Assembly: GCA_963803435.1 (NCBI GenBank)
Contig: CAWDML010000007.1
Span: forward strand, 128,001-192,000
Reading direction: 5' to 3'
Length of the DNA: 64,000 nt
From: an uncultured delta proteobacterium
GTDB taxonomy: Bacteria; Myxococcota; Kuafuiibacteriia; Kuafuiibacteriales; Kuafuiibacteriaceae
How positions within the stretch are numbered: the stretch's first letter is position 1; each line of letters starts with the position of its first letter. The notes below the pieces were generated by a model, which saw only the letters and a list, made by a program, of their open reading frames with translations, was not told the DNA's origin and ran no database searches. Position numbers and translations under genes: made by a program. Of the stretch, positions 40,527 through 48,124 are shown piece by piece.

Positions 40527-41648
40527 GTGAGTGATGAATCTACCTTCGAAGTCATACCTCACGGATCGCCCGAGCCGTCCAAAGCGGTGCTCTCGCTTTT
40601 GACCCGCCCGTCCAAGGGCAAGGTGTTGATCGTCGAGCCGGATCCGGATCTCGCACGCATTCTCGAGGTTCGCCTCGCGCGCGAGGGGCACGACGTGATC
40701 CTGACGAACGACGGCAGCGCTGCGGTTCGCGCGGCCGCCGAGGAGCACGTCGACGTCGCGCTGATCGATCAGACGCTCGACGACATCTCGATCTTCGAGG
40801 TGCTGAGCTCGCTCCAGGAGCGGTCGCCCCAGTTCGAGGGCATCCTGATGTCCGTCGACGCCACCACCGACTTCGTCCTGCGCGCCTACGCCGCCGGCGC
40901 GTTCGACGTCGTCGCGAAGCCGATCTCCGATCTCAAGATCGTGCTCCACAAGGTGAAGAAGGCCCTCGGGAAGGTGCTCGCGGAGCGCGACCGGCACGAG
41001 CTTGCGCGCGTGCTTCACGCCCAGACGCAGGACATCGCCAAGCGAGAGGTGCTCGCCATCCAGCACGGCGGCGATCAGCCCGAGGACGACGACTCCACGG
41101 CGCTCGACCTCGACAACATGTCGGGCGTCGATCCGCTGACGGGCCTGCCCAATCGGCGCGCCGCCGAGGAGCGCTTCCGCAAGGAGACGGCCCGGGCCCT
41201 CCGCTACGATCGCCCGTTGTGCATCGCGCTCGCCAGCGTCGACATGCTCGACGACGTCGTGACCCGACACGGGAGCGAGGTCGCCGACGGCGTGCTGCGC
41301 GGGATCGCGTCGATGTTCTCGGGCATGGTGCGGGACGTCGACTTCGTCGCGCGCCGCCAGGGCGGCGAGTTCCTCTTCATCTTCCCGGAGACACCCAAGG
41401 ACTCGGGCTACGTGGTGGTGGAGCGCATCCGCCAGCGTCTCGCGCAGACCTCGTTCACGGAGTCGTACGGGCTCGAAGACGCCGGCGAGTTCCACATCAC
41501 CGCGAGCTTCGGTGTCGCCGGACTGCCGACCGACACGATGAACGGCGAGATCCTCCACGACGCCGCCGAGGCCGCGCTCGATCGCGCGAAGGTCGAGGCC
41601 GACAAGGTCGTGCTGTTCGACGGCGCGATGGCCCACCACGCCGAGTGA
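40527..41648 (+). CDS. Response regulator with degenerate GGDEF domain
   Basis: REC domain; DPLTGLPNRR; RDVD I-site; active site reads QGGEF. Confidence 0.85.
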   Translation: MSDESTFEVIPHGSPEPSKAVLSLLTRPSKGKVLIVEPDPDLARILEVRLAREGHDVILTNDGSAAVRAAAEEHVDVALIDQTLDDISIFEVLSSLQERSPQFEGILMSVDATTDFVLRAYAAGAFDVVAKPISDLKIVLHKVKKALGKVLAERDRHELARVLHAQTQDIAKREVLAIQHGGDQPEDDDSTALDLDNMSGVDPLTGLPNRRAAEERFRKETARALRYDRPLCIALASVDMLDDVVTRHGSEVADGVLRGIASMFSGMVRDVDFVARRQGGEFLFIFPETPKDSGYVVVERIRQRLAQTSFTESYGLEDAGEFHITASFGVAGLPTDTMNGEILHDAAEAALDRAKVEADKVVLFDGAMAHHAE

Positions 41649-41922
41649 TCCCCACATCGGAGGAAGTCGCGCATCGCCCCGGGGCGGGTACGCGGCGGCG
41701 CGTCGGAATACGATTTTTTTGGAACAGACCCTGCGCAGAGACGCGCGGCCTCCCTCCACCCGCTCCATCGTCCGGTGTGGGACTGGTCGGCGGCCTCGAA
41801 CTCTGGCCCAATATCCGAGGCGGATCGTCATCGTGAGTCCACACCAGCAGTCGTACGTAAAGTGGCTAGGAGAAGTTGTCTCGAGCCTCCGCTTGTGAGC
41901 GTTTGGCGAGGACCGAAGCGTC

Positions 41923-43101
41923 ATGCTGATTGAACTCGCCATGCACAGCGCTCTGCTCGGCGCTACCTTCCTCGCTCCTCCGATCATCGACCAACCCGCT
42001 GAACCTCCCGCGTGCAAGCTCGGTCAGGAGCGCACGTACTCGTTCGAGGTCGCGAGCTGGGGCGATACGCTGCAAGGCTTCATGGATCAGGTCGGGGCCG
42101 GTCCGCGCGCCGCGCAGCAGGTCCAGCGCGCGGTGCGGCGCCTCTACAAGATCGACAACATCTTCCCGCACAACCACGTCGATCTCGGGATGAGCCGCGG
42201 CGGCGTGATCCGCTGGTTCCGGTACCGCCCCACGCTGACCGCCGGTGTCTGTGCGGAGCGGATCGGCCGGGACACCTGGAAGGTGTCGCGGGTCGACGTC
42301 CAGATCGATCGCGACGTCGAGGTGGTCGAGCTCGACGGTCACCCCTCGCTGCTCCTCTCCATCGAGGACATGGACGAGGATCCGTCCCTGGCCGACCTGA
42401 TCGCGGACCTCTTCCCCACCAAGGAGCTCCAGAAGATCCAGCTGCTGGTCGAGAAGCTCAGCGTCGAAGGTCAGTTCCTCACCTACACCCGCATCCTGGG
42501 CGCCCAAGCGATCGTCGCCGGCAAGGAGATGCGCGCCTTCTACTTCGAGCACGCGGACGGCCGCGGCGGCTACTACACCGAGAACGCCGTCCCCCTGCGC
42601 GAGATCCCGCTCTACCGCCCGGTGCCCCACTCGTTCCTGGTCAGCACCTTCGGCCTCCGGCGCCACCCGATCCGCCACGTGAAGCGCGCCCACAAGGGCA
42701 TCGACTTCGCCGCGCCCATGGACACCGTGGTCCACGCGGCCGCCAACGGCACCATCGTCGAGGCCCGCTATCTGGGCCCGCTCGGCCGCATGATCACGAT
42801 CGACCACGGCCGCGGCCTGAAGACGCGCTACGCCCACCTCAACCGCTACTTCCCGGGGATCCGCCCCGGCGTCCGCGTGCACCGCGGCCAGCCGATCGGC
42901 CACGTCGGGACGACCGGCCTCTCGACCGGCGCCCACCTCCACTTCGAGACGCTGATCGACGACGAGCACGTGAACCCGCTCCGCGTCACCACGCCGCCGC
43001 CGCCCGCCATCTCGGACGACCTCATGCCCGAGTTCCAGAAGCGCGTGGCCGACATGCTGAAGCAGCTGGACCTCAACGGCGGCGCGCCGGCCGGCGCCTA
43101 G
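41923..43101 (+). CDS. M23 family metallopeptidase (MepM-like)
   Basis: HKGIDFAAP, TRYAHL, GTTGLSTGAHLHFE. Confidence 0.92.
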   Translation: MLIELAMHSALLGATFLAPPIIDQPAEPPACKLGQERTYSFEVASWGDTLQGFMDQVGAGPRAAQQVQRAVRRLYKIDNIFPHNHVDLGMSRGGVIRWFRYRPTLTAGVCAERIGRDTWKVSRVDVQIDRDVEVVELDGHPSLLLSIEDMDEDPSLADLIADLFPTKELQKIQLLVEKLSVEGQFLTYTRILGAQAIVAGKEMRAFYFEHADGRGGYYTENAVPLREIPLYRPVPHSFLVSTFGLRRHPIRHVKRAHKGIDFAAPMDTVVHAAANGTIVEARYLGPLGRMITIDHGRGLKTRYAHLNRYFPGIRPGVRVHRGQPIGHVGTTGLSTGAHLHFETLIDDEHVNPLRVTTPPPPAISDDLMPEFQKRVADMLKQLDLNGGAPAGA

Positions 43102-43171
43102 CTAGGAGCGTGTAGCGCGTAAGCGCTCACGCGACCCCGGTCCGGGTCCCGGTCCCGGTCCGGGTCCCGAT
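43102..43171 (+). repeat. Left terminal inverted repeat of copy 2
   Basis: CTAGGAGCGTGTAGCGCGTA...CCCGGT array...CCCGAT; a few mismatches versus copy 1. Confidence 0.92.
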
Positions 43172-43191
43172 CTGAAGATGGCTGCCTTGAG

Positions 43192-44072
43192 TCAGACGCT
43201 CGCGACGGTCGCGAGCTTCGATCGGTAGAGCTTGAGCAGGTTGTGGTGAGGCAGACGAGCGTCCACTCGGCTCGTACCTTGAAGAAGGAGCGGAGCGAGA
43301 ACCGGCGGAATCCTCGTGCCCCTTTGATCTGTCCGAGCGCCGGTTCGACGATACTCTTCCTGCGGGCGTAGACCGCCTTGCCGTCGCGCGTTTGCAACTT
43401 GTCTCGCATTCGCTTGCGAGCGAGCGAGGCAGGTGTGGGCTCCGAAGCTGATGAGGACGGAGTCGACGCGTCTTGGTTCTGTTCGCGTCCAACAGCGATG
43501 TGGGCATCGATCTGATTGTTGTCGCAGAATTCGATGTTGGTCGCGCTCAGATAGCCGTTGTCTGCCGTCATCTTCCGCGGAGCATCGCCGCAGTTGCCGA
43601 ACACATCACGGAGCATCGGGACGAGGTGTTGCTGATCAGGTGCCTGGTTGCTGACCCCTTCGGCGACAATCACCTGAGCGTGCTCATCTACGACAACTTG
43701 GGCATTGTAGGCCTGGAGGTACGCTCCATCCTTCAACATGATCCTGCTGTCTGAGTCGGTGAAGTTCCTCTGAGCGTTGGGCCTCGGTGTGCCGTCCACA
43801 TGGTTCGAGCTGGTCAGCCTGCGCTCTTGCCTTCTCGGCTCGAGTTCTCGCTCGCTTCTGCTCCACCAGATCCACAAGAGCATCATCCGCTTTGCTCTGC
43901 TGCTCTTCGGCTTGCCTGCGCAATTTCTCCGCGCGAGCCCTGGCGGCATCCTGTTCCAGCGCAGCCTTCGCTTCTCGAATGCGGGCAAGGCGGGATTCAC
44001 GGCGAGCGAGCTCCGCTGGGATGTCCTCTTCAGTCTCTTCAACGCCCAGCCGCTCGTCTTCCTCTTGGTCAA
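43192..44072 (-). pseudogene. IS1182-family transposase, N-terminally deleted
   Basis: Begins in the coiled-coil region (DQEEDERLG...ELARRESRLARIREAKAALE, read in an alternative frame), jumps at about 43801 to the C-terminal part shared with copy 1; 1-nt deletion at about 43246. Confidence 0.9.
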
Positions 44073-44101
44073 AGTGGACGAGCTACCGCAAGCTAGCTTG
44101 C

Positions 44102-44470
44102 ATGGTCACTCTCGATCACGAGAATCTCGAGGTCTACCAGCTCGCCGTCGAGTATGCCGACATCGCTGAAGAGATCGCACAAGAACTGCAACCCGGTCAC
44201 GCTCACGTCCGCGATCAGCTTCGGCGGGCATCCGATTCCATCGTGAACGACACCGCCGAGGGCGCCGGAGAGCTCAATCCACCTGAGAAGGCTCGCTTAT
44301 ACCGGATGGCACTTCGCTCTGGCACCGAAAGCGCCGCCTCACTCCACACCTGCTTGAGGCGCCGACTCGCCAACGAGCAGAAGGTCCAAGCCGCCAGAGC
44401 CAAGCTCAAGCGCGTTGTCGAGAGGCTCACGCGCCTCATCAAGTCGATGAACGCACGCCGGGCTGCATGA
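44102..44470 (+). CDS. Four helix bundle protein (23S IVS / Avd-like), intact, 122 aa
   Basis: HENLEVYQLA, DQLRRASDSI, AEG, ALRSGTESAA. Confidence 0.9.
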   Translation: MVTLDHENLEVYQLAVEYADIAEEIAQELQPGHAHVRDQLRRASDSIVNDTAEGAGELNPPEKARLYRMALRSGTESAASLHTCLRRRLANEQKVQAARAKLKRVVERLTRLIKSMNARRAA

Positions 44471-44475
44471 TCGCC

Positions 44476-44544
44476 ATCGGGACCGGGACCGGGACCGGGA
44501 CCCGGACCGGGCTCGCGGTAGCGCTACGCGTTACACGCTCCTAG
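44476..44544 (-). repeat. Right terminal inverted repeat of copy 2, (ACCGGG)3 array
   Basis: Ends ACACGCTCCTAG. CTA at 44541-44543 is the TetR stop codon. Confidence 0.93.
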
Positions 44545-45164
44545 TCAGTCCTCACGAACTCCCTCAGGTAGCCGATCAGCATCCGCTGGGTCTCCGCGAG
44601 GAGCTTTCGCGCGACCGAATGGGTCTCTCTCCGCGCGTAGAACAGGAACGACGTGGTCGTGTTGACGAGGGTGGTCGCGACCAGCCGGCGCTTGGCCCGC
44701 GGTAGGTCGGTGTAGACCGCGATCAGCTGGCCGGTCCGGTCGATGAGCTCCTGGGTCATGGCGCGGTCGGCGGCCTCGAACATCCCGTAGAGGTGCAGGT
44801 TCCGGTAGAGCGCGCCCGCCGTGATGTCGGAGCGCTCCCACTCGAAGTACGCGACGAGCATCTCGCCGAGGATGTCCTCCCAGCCCTTGGCCAGGAGCTC
44901 GGGGCTGAGGATCTCCTCGAAGAGCGAGCGCGTGCGCTCGATGCAGCGCTCGGCGAGCGCCTCGAAGAGGGCCTGCTTGTTGGGGAAGAACTGGTAGATC
45001 GAGCCGATGGAGGTACCCGCCTGCTCGGCGATCGCGTCGACGGTGGCGCTGTCGTAGCCGGTGTCCCGGAAGATCTCGGCGGCCGCGTCGAGGATCGCCT
45101 CGACCCGCTTCTTGGACCGTGCCTGCGTCGGCACGCGTCGGACGGCTGGTCTCCGTTTTTTCAT
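44541..45164 (-). CDS. TetR/AcrR-family regulator
   Basis: PTQARS..RVEAILDAA...GY...IAEQAGTSIGSIYQFFPNK. Confidence 0.93.
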   Translation of the reverse strand: MKKRRPAVRRVPTQARSKKRVEAILDAAAEIFRDTGYDSATVDAIAEQAGTSIGSIYQFFPNKQALFEALAERCIERTRSLFEEILSPELLAKGWEDILGEMLVAYFEWERSDITAGALYRNLHLYGMFEAADRAMTQELIDRTGQLIAVYTDLPRAKRRLVATTLVNTTTSFLFYARRETHSVARKLLAETQRMLIGYLREFVRTD

Positions 45165-45174
45165 CCGTCGGCCC

Positions 45175-45232
45175 TTGACGAAACATGAGGATGTCCTCAT
45201 ATTTTGTCAAACATGAGGATGGCCTCATGTTT
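45175..45232. promoter_or_regulatory. Tandem palindromic TetR operators overlapping divergent promoters
   Basis: AAACATGAGG-ATGT-CCTCATATTT (45181-45204) and AAACATGAGG-ATGG-CCTCATGTTT (45209-45232); TTGACG at 45175 (+) and TTGACA at 45205-45210 (-). Confidence 0.85.
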
Positions 45233-45243
45233 CGAGGTACCCG

Positions 45244-46530
45244 ATGATCTCCGATATTCTCGATTTCCGGCGCGACCCCCTCGGCACGGTGGTGGAAGGG
45301 ATGCGCCGTGGGACGGCGCTGGTCTGGTATCGATTCGGTCCGTTCCGGGCGGTGCTGGCGAACCGCTCGGACGACGTCGAGCACGTGCTGGTCCAGAACC
45401 ACGAGAACTACGTGAAGGGCCGGAACTACGAGCCGCTCAAGCTCTGCTTGGGCGAGGGCCTGGTCACCAGCGAGGGCGCCCTCTGGCGGAAGCAGCGGCG
45501 CCTGGTCCAGCCCGGCTTCCACCACAAGAGCCTGGCCGGGTTCGCCGACACCATGGGCCGGGCCACCCGCGACCTCCTCTCCCGCTGGGCGGAGGGCGGC
45601 ATCACCCAGGTCGACATCCACCAGGAGATGATGCGGCTGACCTTCCGGATCGTCGGGCTGACGCTGTTCTCCACCGACGTCGAGGCCGAGGCGGATCGGA
45701 TCGGCGAAGCGCTCGGCTTCCTCCTCCACTGGACGAACGAGCGCGCCGAGTCCTTCGTCCGCTGGCCGATGTGGCTCCCCACGCCGGGCAACCTCCGCTA
45801 CGCGCGCTACCAGAAGATCTTCGACGGTCTGGTCTTCGGGATCATCCGCGAGCGCAAAGCGAGCGAGGCCTCCCGAAAGGGCGATCTGCTCGACATGCTG
45901 ATGGCGACCGACATGCCCGAGCAGCAGCTGCGGGACGAAGCGATCACGCTGGCGGTGGCGGGCCACGAGACCACGGCCAACGCCCTGAGCTGGACCTTCT
46001 ATCTGCTCTCCAGGCACCCCGACATCGAGCGGCGCCTCTACGAAGAGGTCGATCGCGTGCTCGGGGGACGCAACCCCACGCTGGCCGAGCTGGCGCAGCT
46101 CGAGCTCACCGAGTGCGTGCTCAAGGAGTCGATGCGTCTCTACCCCCCGGTGTGGGCCTTCGAACGGCAATCGATCGGGGAGGACGTCATCGGCGGGCAG
46201 CCGGTGCGCCCTGGGACCTTCGTGATGATGGTGCCCTACACGCTCCATCGCGATCCGGCGTACTGGGACAATCCGGAGGGTTTCGATCCCGATCGATTCC
46301 TTCCTGGCCGCGAGAAAGATCGACCTCGGTTCGCCTACATTCCGTTCGGTGGCGGCCCGCGCGTCTGCATCGGCAACGCGTTCGCATTGATGGAGGCCAA
46401 GATCATCCTCGCCACGGTGCTCTCTCAACATCGCCTCGAGCTGGTACCCGGGCACCGGGTCGTCGAAGATCCGTCGATCACGCTGCGGCCTCGCTACGGG
46501 GTGCAAGTCACCTTGCATCCTCGACGCTGA
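45244..46530 (+). CDS. Cytochrome P450
   Basis: AGHETTA, ESMRLYPP, FDPDRF, PFGGGPRVCIG. Confidence 0.96.
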   Translation: MISDILDFRRDPLGTVVEGMRRGTALVWYRFGPFRAVLANRSDDVEHVLVQNHENYVKGRNYEPLKLCLGEGLVTSEGALWRKQRRLVQPGFHHKSLAGFADTMGRATRDLLSRWAEGGITQVDIHQEMMRLTFRIVGLTLFSTDVEAEADRIGEALGFLLHWTNERAESFVRWPMWLPTPGNLRYARYQKIFDGLVFGIIRERKASEASRKGDLLDMLMATDMPEQQLRDEAITLAVAGHETTANALSWTFYLLSRHPDIERRLYEEVDRVLGGRNPTLAELAQLELTECVLKESMRLYPPVWAFERQSIGEDVIGGQPVRPGTFVMMVPYTLHRDPAYWDNPEGFDPDRFLPGREKDRPRFAYIPFGGGPRVCIGNAFALMEAKIILATVLSQHRLELVPGHRVVEDPSITLRPRYGVQVTLHPRR

Positions 46531-46548
46531 CAGCCCCACGATGGTGGG

Positions 46549-47442
46549 ATGAGTTCCTTCAACGAGGAGCTGGACCGGCTGGCGCGTCACGCCGATCCCG
46601 TCGAAGGGTTCTTCGGACCCGACAGCGCCGCCTGGAAGATCAACCGCGAGGGCGTGCTCTACTTCGGCGGGATGCGCGCGCTCTTGATGCAGATCGCGCA
46701 TCCGAAGGTCGCGCAGGGCGTCGCCGACCACAGCAACTTCGAGGCGGATCCGTTGGGTCGCGCGCTCAGGACCTTCTCCACCGTCTACCAGATCGTGTAC
46801 GGCGATCGCGACACTGCGCTGGCAGCGGCCGCGCGGGTCCACGCGATCCACCAGAAGGTGCGCGGCCGGCTCGCCGATGATCTGCCGGTGGCCGACTCGA
46901 GCTACGCGGCGCTCGATCCCGAGCTGCTCTTCTGGGTGCTGGCCACGCTGATCGACTCGGTCAAGTTCGCGTACGAGCTCTACCTCGACCCCCTCCCAAC
47001 CGAGCGGTGGACACACTTCTACGAAGACTGCCGCCTGGCCGCGCGCCTGTTCGGCATCCGCGATCTCTCGATGATGCCGCCGACCTTCGCCGCATTCGAA
47101 GAGAAGCTCGAGTCGCTGATCGCGAGCGACACGATCACGGTGTCGCCGACGGCCAGGCGGCTCGCGAGCAAGCTGGTGGATCGGGGACCGCTCAAGTCGA
47201 AGGCGACCAAGCCCCTGCTCTACGTGCTGGCCGCGGGCACGCTGCCCGAGAAGCTCCGCGCCGACTTCGGCTTCTCCTGGAGCCTCCCGGTGCGGGCGAC
47301 CTTCAGGGCGGGAACGGGCGCCGTCCGCCTGGCCGCGCACGTCTTGCCCCGAGCACTGAGGAGCGCGCCCGTGGCCCTGAAGGCCGATCTCCGCTGCGGC
47401 CTCGTCCGCCTCCGCCGTCGCGCGACCCTGGCCCGGCCTTGA
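46549..47442 (+). CDS. Oxygenase MpaB / DUF2236 family protein
   Basis: FGPDSAAW, GGMRALLMQIAHPKVAQGVADHS, VHAIH, Y.ALDPELL.WV.ATL. Confidence 0.88.
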   Translation: MSSFNEELDRLARHADPVEGFFGPDSAAWKINREGVLYFGGMRALLMQIAHPKVAQGVADHSNFEADPLGRALRTFSTVYQIVYGDRDTALAAAARVHAIHQKVRGRLADDLPVADSSYAALDPELLFWVLATLIDSVKFAYELYLDPLPTERWTHFYEDCRLAARLFGIRDLSMMPPTFAAFEEKLESLIASDTITVSPTARRLASKLVDRGPLKSKATKPLLYVLAAGTLPEKLRADFGFSWSLPVRATFRAGTGAVRLAAHVLPRALRSAPVALKADLRCGLVRLRRRATLARP

Positions 47443-47487
47443 GCCGAAAAGCCTCAAAACCGGCCGTGCAACCGTTCCAGACGATAT

Positions 47488-47518
47488 TTGACACTGTCAT
47501 ATAACAGTGTTATATACA
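47488..47518 (+). promoter_or_regulatory. Sigma70 promoter with dyad operator in the spacer (MerR-type)
   Basis: TTGACA at 47488; ACACTGT-N6-ACAGTGT (47491-47510); TATATA/TATACA -10 at 47511-47518; ATG at 47525. Confidence 0.75.
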
Positions 47519-47524
47519 GCGCAG

Positions 47525-48124
47525 ATGGAGCTGACGCCCATTCGAGGCCTGGCAGAGGCCGTGGCCGCCGCGCTGTCCGTCGACTACGACGGGCCCGACA
47601 ACGGGCAGGTCCGCCGGGTGCCGGACACGCGAAGCATCCGCTACTACACCACGCTGGGCATGCTCGACCGCCCGGCCGCCATGGACGGGCGGACCGCGCT
47701 CTACGGCGAGCGCCACCTCCTGCAGCTGGTGGCGATCAAGCGGCTGCAGGCGGAGGGCCTCTCGCTGTCCGAGATCCAGGCCAGGCTGACGGGCCTCTCG
47801 GCGAGGGGCCTGGCTGAGCTCGCGCGCCTCCCGGCGCCCATCGAAACAAAGTCGCGCACCAAACCGCGCGCGACCGCGTTCTGGAAGGAAGAGCCGGGAC
47901 CCGCGCCGCCGCGGGCAATCGAGCGCGAGCGGGCCCCGGAAGACCGACGGGCTTCGCTCACCGCCTTCGAGGTGGGCCCGCTGGCCCTGCTCTTCCGCCG
48001 GGTTCGCGAAATCGATGACGCCGATGCGGCCCTCCTCCTCGAGGCGGCCGCGCCGTTGCTTCGGGTCCTCGAGACGCGGGGCTTGATCGCTCCGCTCGAG
48101 GCAGAAAGGAATGAAGAAGAATGA
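47525..48124 (+). CDS. MerR-family HTH regulator
   Basis: RSIRYYTTLGMLDRP...ALYGERHLLQLVAIKRLQAEGLSLSEI. Confidence 0.88.
   Translation: MELTPIRGLAEAVAAALSVDYDGPDNGQVRRVPDTRSIRYYTTLGMLDRPAAMDGRTALYGERHLLQLVAIKRLQAEGLSLSEIQARLTGLSARGLAELARLPAPIETKSRTKPRATAFWKEEPGPAPPRAIERERAPEDRRASLTAFEVGPLALLFRRVREIDDADAALLLEAAAPLLRVLETRGLIAPLEAERNEEE

Larger units (their letters stand above)
43102..44544. mobile_element. IS1182-derived non-autonomous element, copy 2, with four-helix-bundle passenger; CTAG at both ends
   Basis: IRs at 43102-43171 and 44476-44544; about 98-99% identical to copy 1 over shared segments; lies between convergent stop codons. Confidence 0.85.

Noticed and set aside
41866-41872. 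CTAGGAG resembling the element's left end
   Set aside because: The match is limited to 7 nt, with no IR continuation or partner end.
364-44544. A 44-kb composite transposon bounded by the two directly oriented copies
   Set aside because: Each copy has its own pair of CTAG ends, and the intervening DNA looks like ordinary chromosomal envelope and regulatory genes with uniform composition.
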